Source of the DNA: Bacteroidaceae bacterium
Lineage (GTDB): Bacteria; Actinomycetota; Coriobacteriia; Coriobacteriales; CADBOM01
DNA length: 54,506 bases
Direction of reading: 5' to 3'
NCBI GenBank assembly: GCA_963624975.1
Contig: CAVFRF010000064.1
Location: 1-54,506, forward strand
Part shown: positions 1 to 7,590 of the stretch, in pieces
How the letters are laid out: each line of letters begins with the position of its first letter
Position numbering within the stretch: position 1 is the first letter of the stretch
Made by a program: the position numbers and the translations under genes
Notes under the pieces: generated by a model
The model's database searches: none
The model's input: only the letters and a program-made list of their open reading frames with translations
Told to the model about the DNA's origin: nothing

Positions 1-113
1 CATACCATAACGGCTCAGGCTGGGCTTTACAGCCAGAAGTCGCCGCTATGGCACGTCCCGCACAGGGCCCCGGCGACTCAGCCATGTTCTTGTTGAGGAC
101 TCGCCAGGTGCCA
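1..113. repeat. Copy A of a 113-bp imperfect direct repeat (partner at 4553..4665); may extend left of the window
   Basis: Hand alignment of 1..113 with 4553..4665 gives 7 mismatches and no gaps. Homology stops at 113/4665. It contains one unit of a dispersed motif: ACGGCTCAG, then a GGCTG..CAGCC hairpin, then AGAAGTCGCCG. Confidence 0.9.
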
Positions 114-147
114 CCATGATAAAGCCGATGCCAACCGCACGGCGATG

Positions 148-1407
148 TTACTCCGAAATCCGAATCGGTTGAACTTCTTCCATATCATCGGAAACAGGGA
201 TACATCCGAGCGATGCCAAAACGCAACGACCCACGTGATATCCCAGATTCACTGGCACCGCATTGCCAATTTGCCTGTATTTTGCCGTCATCTTTCCAGA
301 AAATTCCCATTCATCCGGAAACGTCTGGATACGAGCGTATTCCCGAACACTAAGCGGACGCGTCTCGGTGGGATGGCATCGTTCCGTCTGCTTTTGAGCC
401 GGAGCGCACGTGAGCGTGAGGCACGGTTGATCCCAGGACATCCTCCTCGCCATCCCGGTTCTTCCGCCCGAGAGATGAAAGCTCCCCTTCATGTACTCTT
501 TTTGCACGTCGATGGGAAGGTCGCGCCAGTTGCCGCCTTCCGGAACCATCGCCATTATCTCGGCTTTACGCTTCGGATAGGTCTGGCACTCGGATTCGGG
601 ACAACCGGCTAGCGCCTGTCTCAACGAAATAAAATAGTCCTTTTCTCTCGGGAATAGAATGGGGAGGTCGAGGTCTTTTCGGACAGCAAACAGAATTAGC
701 CTCTCGCGCTTCTGGGGGACATCCAGATACTGTGCCCGCAGAACCCGGTAGTTTACCTTGTATCCAAGCGAATCAAGAGTATGCAGCATCGTGTCGAGCG
801 TCCTGCCGCCATCGTGCTTCACAAGCCCGCGCACATTCTCGCCAATTGCGATCTTGGGATGTATGGCTTCGATTGCACGCGCGAATTCGAAGAAAAGCGT
901 ACCGCGCGTGTCTCCGAATCCCTTGCTCTTGCCCGCATACGAGAAGGCCTGACATGGGAACCCTGCTTGCACCACGGGAGTTCCCTCGTACTCGCCAAAG
1001 TCGAGTTCTCTCACATCGCCGGAAACGATGTTCCACTCCAAACCAAGCTTGTCGCTGTTGAATCGAAGCGTGGCAACGGCGTCTTTGTCTATTTCGTTGA
1101 GCATCACATGGGGCATGCCAGCATTATGGAAGCCCAGCGCAGTACCTCCAGCCCCTGCGAAAAGATCGATGCACGATGCCTCTCCGTAGGATACATCGCT
1201 TCTCAGAACCCTATATTCGGTAGCATCATCTCCACCGTTGAGCTTGCTCTGGAGTCTTTCAATTTCCTCGAGATTGAACAGTCGTCTATTGTTCTTGTCC
1301 CGAGTCGCTTTGATGAGCCCCATCTTATTCCAACGTCGGATTGTATCAACAGATACATCTAGAGCATGAGATGCTGCAGTTATGGTGACGTGTTTGCATT
1401 CTGCCAC
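148..1407 (-). CDS. DNA (cytosine-5)-methyltransferase with N-terminal MerR/excisionase-like HTH
   Basis: 419-aa ORF with a GTG start and GGAGGA 6 nt upstream. C5-MTase motifs are visible: DLFAGAGG (I), GFPCQAFS (IV, PCQ), GENVRGL (VI), QIGNAVPV (X). The first ~55 aa (ITAASHALDVSVDTIRRWNKMGLIKA..RLFNLEEIERL) look like an HTH domain. Confidence 0.93.
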   Translation of the reverse strand: MAECKHVTITAASHALDVSVDTIRRWNKMGLIKATRDKNNRRLFNLEEIERLQSKLNGGDDATEYRVLRSDVSYGEASCIDLFAGAGGTALGFHNAGMPHVMLNEIDKDAVATLRFNSDKLGLEWNIVSGDVRELDFGEYEGTPVVQAGFPCQAFSYAGKSKGFGDTRGTLFFEFARAIEAIHPKIAIGENVRGLVKHDGGRTLDTMLHTLDSLGYKVNYRVLRAQYLDVPQKRERLILFAVRKDLDLPILFPREKDYFISLRQALAGCPESECQTYPKRKAEIMAMVPEGGNWRDLPIDVQKEYMKGSFHLSGGRTGMARRMSWDQPCLTLTCAPAQKQTERCHPTETRPLSVREYARIQTFPDEWEFSGKMTAKYRQIGNAVPVNLGYHVGRCVLASLGCIPVSDDMEEVQPIRISE

Positions 1408-1423
1408 GAGAAATCCTCCAAGG

Positions 1424-1459
1424 AATCAATAACCCTTACATATGCAAGGGTTATTGATT
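1424..1459 (-). terminator. Perfect 14-bp stem-loop between the R and M genes (attenuator or terminator-like)
   Basis: AATCAATAACCCTT (1424..1437), loop ACATATGC, AAGGGTTATTGATT (1446..1459). It lies between the endonuclease stop (1487) and the methylase RBS and start (1407). There is no clear U-tract. Confidence 0.5.
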
Positions 1460-1486
1460 ATATCGCCTGACGGCTTTGGCTGAAGG

Positions 1487-2260
1487 CTATTCTTCGTCGA
1501 TAGGCACAATCTGATAAGACAACACATCGGGATGGCTCACTATATCTTCCGCAAGACATTCGATAGTCTCATCCAGCAGATTCGTGTTTGTGTAATCCTT
1601 GGCGCAATCGGAGAAAACATTGATAAGATCTTCGTAAAAATTCTCGTCGCCCGTGAGGTGATACCAGAATTCCTTGCCGGATAGGACAGGATAGTCCTGC
1701 TCGATGCGCTTGTAGTTCGCACTGATTTGAGAATGGTCACCATAGAGGATTCCAACGCAGCAATCAGTCATAGGATTGAAGTCGGCAAAATGATTTGTCC
1801 TTGCCAGATTCTTGAGTCCTGCAAAATGTCCTCTAATCGTATCCACGTCATCTTTGTTGATTGTCTGTGGGCCTGCCTTGAGCTGGCAATACTTCTTGCG
1901 TCCATCGACTACGTCGATGAATTCAATATCCATCCCTGCCGTTGTCGACGCATACCCCGAAAGAACCTCGTGGCAGAATGTCTGCACGTTGTTTCCAAAC
2001 GTGGTCGCAATCGAAGTACCCAGAACACGAGGGTAAATGAGAACTTTCGCCAAACTCTCAGGCGATTCATCCCCAAAGGCGAACGAAGCGAGGTAGTGAA
2101 TAGTGAAGGGATTGACGTTGAACTCCTTGAGCTTCGAGAGCTTCTGGGTGTTTCCCGCATGACTGTCTGCAATGGAAGTCTTGAAGAAATCCCGTGCCTT
2201 TACAAGAATCTCTTCGCGTTCCTGCTCATTCATAAAAGCCCCCAATCTTTTATGAGCCAT
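1487..2260 (-). CDS. Putative type II restriction endonuclease (partner of the C5 methylase)
   Basis: 257-aa ORF immediately upstream of, and co-oriented with, the methylase. It has a PD-(D/E)xK-like stretch GMDIEFIDVVDGRKKYCQLKAGP. No other recognisable domain, and the family is not assignable by eye. Confidence 0.6.
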   Translation of the reverse strand: MAHKRLGAFMNEQEREEILVKARDFFKTSIADSHAGNTQKLSKLKEFNVNPFTIHYLASFAFGDESPESLAKVLIYPRVLGTSIATTFGNNVQTFCHEVLSGYASTTAGMDIEFIDVVDGRKKYCQLKAGPQTINKDDVDTIRGHFAGLKNLARTNHFADFNPMTDCCVGILYGDHSQISANYKRIEQDYPVLSGKEFWYHLTGDENFYEDLINVFSDCAKDYTNTNLLDETIECLAEDIVSHPDVLSYQIVPIDEE

Positions 2261-2407
2261 CGCAATTCTTTGAATGTTAGCATGAATATCCCAGCAAAGT
2301 TCATTAGGACTGCGTTCTAGCTATACCTCGATCAACCCATTGCCCTATACCCATTATTGCTAGATATGACGAAAATAGTCCTGATGTATGATTAGACATC
2401 CCTACAA

Positions 2408-2455
2408 CAACATAATGTGTAGTATGATTCAATCTGTCACAACATGTTGTGTAGT
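2408..2455. promoter_or_regulatory. Two 16-bp direct boxes CAACATNNTGTGTAGT upstream of the R gene; the second contains a perfect 14-bp palindrome
   Basis: The boxes are at 2408..2423 and 2440..2455, with 32-bp spacing. CACAACATGTTGTG at 2438..2451 is a perfect palindrome. They lie in the divergent region between the R-M operon and the DUF4417 cassette. Confidence 0.4.
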
Positions 2456-2773
2456 TCAACCATCAGATCTCATATGTCAATGTCTTGATGGCCGGGTTCT
2501 CTTGCCAAGCATTTTCGAAAGGAGGTGATCACCTTGCGAAACGACAAGTAGTAGCAGCCGACAAAGTATAAACTCTGACGGCTGCTACGCTGGTGTGAGA
2601 ACACACCGTGTGACAACAGAAGCATCTCACGCCAGCCCAGCTAACAGAACTCAAAATTCCAAAAGGTGATACATCGCCGGAAGGGCAGGTGAGGAACATG
2701 CCTGGATTTTCGAGCCCATACACAAGTGCTTATCATCCAGTTGACGGCATCTTGGAATTCTCCGGGTGTTTCT

Positions 2774-3550
2774 ATGAAGCGCAATAGCATCAAGGTACTC
2801 GATAACGGATCCAAAGAGTACAGCGAAATCGACCTCTACAAGAAACTCAACTTTGAGTTCTTGCGTTACACAAATCTTACGCATGCGGCTGGCAAGCGCA
2901 ATCTCCCATCCCTCGTATGCAACACAAAAATTTTCCCTGACTACATTGCTTTGTCTAATCAGCCATCTCTTTTTCATAAAACCGAACTCACAGCAATTGG
3001 ATTTTGGGAATACGATATCGACTTCGATGGATTCGACGGGCTGTTCAACGCGATTTATTACAACAGGAAAGATCGTCTCGAATTCTATAAGAAGCGCTTT
3101 TCGAACGTGAAAATCTTCTTCACACCCGATTACTCTCAGTTTGGAGATGTGTCGGATATCGAATCTGATTACAGGTTGTTCAAAGATCGCGTAGTAGGAA
3201 TCTGGCTTGCCATCGAGCTCCACGCAGTGGTCATTCCATTTGTAACGGTTCCAACAATCGATAGCATGCCCTGGGCATTGAACGGTTTGGAGGATTGTTC
3301 GGTTGTTGCATTCAGCACCAAGGGCTATGTAACCGTCCCAGAAGAACGTTCAACGCTAAAAGCCATCGTTCGATGCACCGTGGATACGCTCGATCTGAAG
3401 ACGATAGTCGTATATGACGTATGTGGCTCCAACGATGCGGTCAACGACATATTCGCTTACCCGATTGAGCAAGGCATCGAGATCGTTGTACCCATGAATT
3501 CTCTCAAAGAACGCAACATTGAACGCAGGAGATTTCGCAATGCGCAGTAA
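2774..3550 (+). CDS. DUF4417-like protein (divergent paralog of 45001..45663)
   Basis: By-eye alignment to the second copy: FWEYDxxF vs FYEDDxKF, FTPDYSQF vs ISPDFSLY, YRLFKDR vs YRSRAF, VVIPFV vs PVIPNI, VVAFSTKG vs AIAVGSHG, KTIVVYD vs TTIVVYG. The start is uncertain: ATG 2774, or GTG 2726 as in the track. Confidence 0.55.
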   Translation: MKRNSIKVLDNGSKEYSEIDLYKKLNFEFLRYTNLTHAAGKRNLPSLVCNTKIFPDYIALSNQPSLFHKTELTAIGFWEYDIDFDGFDGLFNAIYYNRKDRLEFYKKRFSNVKIFFTPDYSQFGDVSDIESDYRLFKDRVVGIWLAIELHAVVIPFVTVPTIDSMPWALNGLEDCSVVAFSTKGYVTVPEERSTLKAIVRCTVDTLDLKTIVVYDVCGSNDAVNDIFAYPIEQGIEIVVPMNSLKERNIERRRFRNAQ

Positions 3551-4040
3551 CAACGGCCATCTTGCACACGGGACGACTGGAAATCCTCAAACTTCTATAG
3601 ATCAGGAATTCTATGCGTATGTCGTTCGCGATAACGAGCGCAGACTTAGGGATCTAGTATTGGACCCGATGATTGACGAGTCACTAGTAGCCGAGCTTGA
3701 ACGCTTGGAGGTAAAATTCAATCGCAAAGAAATGGTCTTCATCGCACGTGACAAAACAGGCCAGATTGTCTGGTTGGAGAATGGCACATCGAGCGCAGGG
3801 CTTACACATCTTGAGAAGCGTGGACATATAGGCGACTTGTCGAGAAAATTCTGCGTCGACGAATCGGATGTTCCCAGGCTCATTCGAAATATCGTGAGGG
3901 ATGGAAAGGTTGTCTCAAACAAACTTGTTGATCGCCATGGTCGCAAGGGATATGAACGAACCTACGAATATAGAGAACACAAGGTTGTTCTTGCCGCCAT
4001 CGGCACCAACGGTTTCTTGGTTACTATCTATCCTATTTAG
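3540..4040 (+). CDS. Toxin-like small protein (possible BECR/RelE-like RNase fold), function unknown
   Basis: ATG 3540 follows AGGAG at 8-nt spacing and overlaps the DUF4417 stop by 11 nt. The C-terminal half (IVWLENG..GLTHLEKRGHIGDL...YEYREHKVVLAAIGTNGFLVTIYPI) has the beta-rich ...VTIYP ending seen in DUF4258/BECR-type toxins. This is a by-eye judgement only. Confidence 0.45.
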   Translation: MRSNNGHLAHGTTGNPQTSIDQEFYAYVVRDNERRLRDLVLDPMIDESLVAELERLEVKFNRKEMVFIARDKTGQIVWLENGTSSAGLTHLEKRGHIGDLSRKFCVDESDVPRLIRNIVRDGKVVSNKLVDRHGRKGYERTYEYREHKVVLAAIGTNGFLVTIYPI

Positions 4041-4052
4041 AAAGGGAGCTTC

Positions 4053-4379
4053 ATGAAAACCATCAAGCTTATGCTCGATTACCTGCAAGGCCCCATATGG
4101 ATTAGTGATGTGGAAACAGGCAAGCCGATGACAGGTATCGACATTATTGACAACGATGAGCAGATCCGAGTTCTCAATTTCGAGATACAGAACGCTTATG
4201 ACTCGTATTACGAGTTTGATTCTCATGACCAAGCCTGCTGGTTCAACGAGGAGCAGGAGCGGAAAGACAAGGAACGCATGCTTGAGCTGTTTGCAAAGCT
4301 CAACAGCAGGCTCGACGAAATCAACGACGGGACATTCATTGTCGACGACCGCGAAACTCCGCGTATTCAGAAACTCTAA
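4053..4379 (+). CDS. Small acidic protein, immunity/antidote-like by position
   Basis: 108-aa ORF with AAGGGAG RBS, starting 12 nt after the previous stop. It is rich in D/E and has no recognisable domain. Confidence 0.5.
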   Translation: MKTIKLMLDYLQGPIWISDVETGKPMTGIDIIDNDEQIRVLNFEIQNAYDSYYEFDSHDQACWFNEEQERKDKERMLELFAKLNSRLDEINDGTFIVDDRETPRIQKL

Positions 4380-4528
4380 GCCTGACTCGGTAAAGACTAC
4401 TGGCTCTTCTAGACCTCTGTTTTAGATACTCCAGAGAGATGGGTAGCTTCAGAAAGAGTTGCAAGCAGAAGTCGAAGAGACTCGCCGGGTGTCGACCTGC
4501 AAGTCCACGCAATTTTCTACTTGAAGCT

Positions 4529-4747
4529 CCACCTGGGATGCCCTGCGCGGGACATACCATAACGGCTCAGGCTGGACTTTACAGCCAGAAGTCGCCGCTA
4601 TGGCACGCCCCGCACAGGGCTCCGGCGACTCAGCCATGTTCTTATTGAAGACTCTCCAGATGCCAGCGTGGGGTGTGTCCGAACGGCGACTTTTGGCCGA
4701 AGGCCAACTGAGCCGTTTGGATATACCCCACGATGGCACCCCGGTGG
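4529..4747. repeat. Long imperfect foldback element; includes repeat copy B at 4553..4665
   Basis: Complementary segments checked by hand: 4529..4542 with 4735..4747; AACGGCTCAG 4561..4570 with CTGAGCCGTT 4708..4717 (perfect); CCAGAAGTCGCCG with CGGCGACTTTTGG (1 mismatch); CACGCCCCGC with GCGTGGGGTGTG (with G-U pairs). Each arm carries its own small GC hairpin. Confidence 0.8.
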
Positions 4748-4764
4748 ATTTTCAACGAAAGCAC

Positions 4765-5190
4765 TTACGCCATCGAGGATCCCAGCTTCTTGCAATCCTC
4801 GGCGGCATCGCCCTCGGGATAGTCCTTCACGATGAGCGTATCCACTACGTTCACGCCTGCCTTGACGGCGCGGTCCTTCCAAACGTCCATCCATTCGCCT
4901 TCGTTCCAGTCGTAGGATCCGAAGAGCACCGTGGGCTTGCCGCCAGAGGCCAGTTCGCCCTCGACCGCGCTGTACATCGGCTCGAACTCGTCTTCCTCAA
5001 GCTCCTCGTCGCCCATTGCGGGGCATCCGAAGGCGAAGGCGTCGTAGTCGCCAAGCTTGCTCGAATCGAACCCAGACGGAGTCATCACATCGACCTCGAC
5101 GCCGGCTTCCTTGGCGCCATCGGCGACCAGGTTGGCCATGGTCTCGGTGTTGCCGGTGCCGCTCCAATATACGGCTGCCACTTTGCTCAT
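4765..5190 (-). CDS. Short-chain flavodoxin
   Basis: 141 aa. It has the N-terminal FMN-phosphate loop YWSGTGNTE and an acidic body with FGCPAMG and GSYDW. It overlaps the upstream gene stop by 4 nt. Confidence 0.9.
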   Translation of the reverse strand: MSKVAAVYWSGTGNTETMANLVADGAKEAGVEVDVMTPSGFDSSKLGDYDAFAFGCPAMGDEELEEDEFEPMYSAVEGELASGGKPTVLFGSYDWNEGEWMDVWKDRAVKAGVNVVDTLIVKDYPEGDAAEDCKKLGSSMA

Positions 5191-5711
5191 GCTGCTGCTC
5201 CTTTCGAGAACATACCTTCAGACATGAGGCTCTCCAGGCTATCGCCTGCCTCATACCGCTCTTCAAAGCACCTCGCGCATTCCTTGTAGCGCGCGAAGCA
5301 CTCGATTGCCTCTTCGACGTTGGCATAGACCTTCCAGCATCCCGATGCCAGCGAGTTTGCGCCGTTGTTCTCAACGAATCCGATTACATCTTCGAGCGGG
5401 TACCCGAGGAAAACCCCGATCTCGTGAGGAAAGTTGCCCGGTTGCCCGTCGGCTGTGGCATGGGTGTTCTGCATCCTCATGCGACGGCGCAGGATGCTCA
5501 TGCAATCGCGTGCCGAGGTGGGGTCGTAACCGTAGGCGCGCAGAAATTTCGCAACCTGCAGGTCGTTCAGCCGAGCCTCGAGCATCTCGGGGCGATACAC
5601 GTAGATGAGCGTGCCATGGTTGCGCTTTGCAAGCGGTTCGACCGCCAGGCCCATTGGCGAGAATCGGTCGCGACACTCCTTGAGGGCATGTCGGAGCATC
5701 TTGCAGTGCAT
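5187..5711 (-). CDS. DUF3793-family protein (commonly flavodoxin-linked)
   Basis: Trimmed from the 291-aa track ORF to Met at 5711. It contains FPHEIGVFLGYPLEDVIGFVENNG...GCWKVY, typical of this family. The discarded N-terminal extension is antisense to the ATPase remnant. Confidence 0.75.
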   Translation of the reverse strand: MHCKMLRHALKECRDRFSPMGLAVEPLAKRNHGTLIYVYRPEMLEARLNDLQVAKFLRAYGYDPTSARDCMSILRRRMRMQNTHATADGQPGNFPHEIGVFLGYPLEDVIGFVENNGANSLASGCWKVYANVEEAIECFARYKECARCFEERYEAGDSLESLMSEGMFSKGAAA

Positions 5712-5760
5712 ATGATGGATGGAGGAGCATCGCTCGTCGGCAGCGACAGCCGCGTCGTAG

Positions 5761-6099
5761 CAGCTCGGCGACGGCATCAACGACGCGCCCGCTCTCAAGC
5801 GCTCATACGTGGGCATCGCCATGGGCGGAATCGGCAGCGACATCGCGGTGGATGCGGCCGACATCGTGCTGGTGGGAGACGGCATCGACACGCTCCCCCG
5901 TCTGGTGGCGCTGTCGAAGCGCATGATGGGCACCATCAAGCTCAACCTCACCTTCTCGCTCACGCTCAACTTCGTGGCCATAGCGCTGGCGATGACGGGC
6001 ATCATGGGACCCGTGATAGGTGCGCTCGTGCACAACGCCGGCTCGGTGCTGGTGATCGGCAACTCCGCGCTGCTGCTGGGCTGGAAACCCGGGCGCTAG
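5761..6099 (+). pseudogene. 3-prime remnant of a heavy-metal P-type ATPase
   Basis: The frame opens right after an in-frame TAG at 5758. It reads QLGDGINDAPALKRSYVGIAMGGIGSDIAVDAADIVLVGD..., which is the GDGxNDxP hinge, followed by the last two TM helices. No upstream A, P or N domains are present in any frame. Confidence 0.8.
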
Positions 6100-6102
6100 C
6101 TC

Positions 6103-6831
6103 CTACAGGGCGCGAAACTCCCTGCGTAGCCGCGCCATCACGTCGAGCATCACGTAGAAGAGCGTCTCGTAGTGCATGAAGCCCAGCACGTTGCTGTCCC
6201 ACATGAACACGATCTGCGCGTCGAACTCGTCGTCGCCGTCCCAGAACTGAAACATCAGGTCGAGCCAGTCGAACAGCGGCAGCATATAGGTGAGGTCGGC
6301 ACGGGCAATCGCGGGCTGCAGCTTGCCGCCCAGATTCTCGCATGCTTGCGCGAGCTTTTCCACGTTGCCGCAGAACTCGTCGGCATACTCCTGGCTGAAC
6401 ACGCCCGGGGAAGGACTCGCCCCCACAGGCGCGAGCGTGGTGACCGTGCAGTACTGCCCGGACAGGCACGACGGCTGCAGCCCCGGCATCGCGCCTTCGT
6501 GCGTGGCGCCGGGAGCAAAGTCTTGGAAGCGGCACAGCATATCGTAGATGGTGAGCACGGGAGCCGGCTCGGTGTAGGGCACCCACTCCCCCGAAGCGCC
6601 GAGCACGTCGACCTCTGCCGTCGTGCGCGACACACGGCACTTCTCGTCCATATATGCGATGTAGAGGTAGTCGTCGTCGTGCCCGAGCCCCAGATGCCCG
6701 AAACGGTCGATCGTCTTTTGCATGTCGTATTTCACGAAGTACTGTCGGCCCTGCACCCCGAGCTTCTCGAAATTGCTCATGTCGTCGAGAATGATGTTGG
6801 CAAAGTCGTTGCTTTCCGCACAGTGCGTCAT
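6103..6831 (-). CDS. DUF3786-like protein
   Basis: Trimmed to Met at 6831, giving 242 aa. The C-terminal FWDGDDEFDAQIVFMWDSNVLGFMHYETLFYV resembles the DUF3786 signature. It overlaps the mntP stop by 4 nt. Confidence 0.65.
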   Translation of the reverse strand: MTHCAESNDFANIILDDMSNFEKLGVQGRQYFVKYDMQKTIDRFGHLGLGHDDDYLYIAYMDEKCRVSRTTAEVDVLGASGEWVPYTEPAPVLTIYDMLCRFQDFAPGATHEGAMPGLQPSCLSGQYCTVTTLAPVGASPSPGVFSQEYADEFCGNVEKLAQACENLGGKLQPAIARADLTYMLPLFDWLDLMFQFWDGDDEFDAQIVFMWDSNVLGFMHYETLFYVMLDVMARLRREFRAL

Positions 6832-7406
6832 AGAGCAAGCACCCCCAGATGTTCGAGCAGAACCTTGAGTCCGATGAGAATGAGAACAACGCCGCCAACT
6901 ATGGTCGACGCCTTCTCGTATTTGGAACCGAACCTGTTGCCGATTACCACACCTGCAAACGATATCACGAACGTGGTGCATCCGATAAGGGTGACGGTGG
7001 GTACGATGTCGACCTGCACGAGCGCGAACATGATGCCGGTGGCCAGCGCGTCGATCGACGTGGCGATGGCCAGCATGAACAGCTCCTTGATGTCGAGTTT
7101 GGGCGCATCTTCCGCGACCTCGTCTTCGTCGCCGTCGTGGAATGCGTCCCATAGCATCTTTCCGCCGATGAGCGCCAGCAAGCCAAAGGCGATCCAATGG
7201 TCGATGGGGTCGATGAGCACCTTGAGCTGCGCGCCCAAGAACCACCCGATCGTGGGCATGAGAGCCTGAAACACGCCGAAGAACAGCGCGATCACGAAAG
7301 CGTGCTTGTAGTTGACGCGCTTCATGCCCAGCCCCTTGCAGATCGAGACTGCAAACGCGTCCATGGACAGGCTCACGCCTATCAAGAGGATATCTACGAA
7401 TCCCAT
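6828..7406 (-). CDS. mntP: Manganese efflux pump MntP
   Basis: 192 aa and multi-TM. It has the duplicated SMDAFAVS / SIDALATG motifs characteristic of MntP/YebN. Confidence 0.9.
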   Translation of the reverse strand: MGFVDILLIGVSLSMDAFAVSICKGLGMKRVNYKHAFVIALFFGVFQALMPTIGWFLGAQLKVLIDPIDHWIAFGLLALIGGKMLWDAFHDGDEDEVAEDAPKLDIKELFMLAIATSIDALATGIMFALVQVDIVPTVTLIGCTTFVISFAGVVIGNRFGSKYEKASTIVGGVVLILIGLKVLLEHLGVLAL

Positions 7407-7467
7407 ACGTTCCCTTCCAAAAAGTCAGCCCGTTGCGCCGACGTTGCAAAGCTTGAATAACTCTCAT

Positions 7468-7590
7468 GGCATCTGGCTGGGTGTGTCGTCACCGGCGACT
7501 TCTGCAACGAAGCGAAGCCGAGCCGGTGGCGATGCAGCCAGCCAGATGCCCGAGTTGAGTCCCAAGGTGCCCGGCAGGGTGTGTCGTCAG
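7468..7590. repeat. Third, more divergent copy of the dispersed GC-rich structured repeat unit
   Basis: GGGTGTGTC..CGGCGACTTCTG..CGAAG..GAGCCG parallels 4671..4716. There is an internal 13-bp inverted repeat (GGCATCTGGCTGG at 7468..7480 with CCAGCCAGATGCC at 7538..7550). There is also a 12-bp direct repeat GGGTGTGTCGTC at 7479..7490 and 7577..7588. Confidence 0.7.

Larger units (their letters stand above)
114..4552. mobile_element. AT-rich genomic island 1 (R-M pair plus DUF4417 cassette); no recombinase seen, so non-autonomous or decayed
   Basis: Bracketed by the 113-bp repeat. A sampled line (3001..3060) counts 25/60 GC, against 40/60 for a backbone line (10201..10260). Content is typical accessory and conflict genes. 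Confidence 0.55.

Noticed and set aside
4440-4765. Known structured RNA gene (tRNA, tmRNA, RNase P, SRP RNA) as the integration target behind the 113-bp repeat
   Set aside because: AAAGTCCAGCC on the minus strand recalls the RNase P GGAAAGUCCGGGC. None of the other universally conserved RNase P, tmRNA (5-prime GGGG, 3-prime T-arm and CCA) or tRNA T-loop elements are present.
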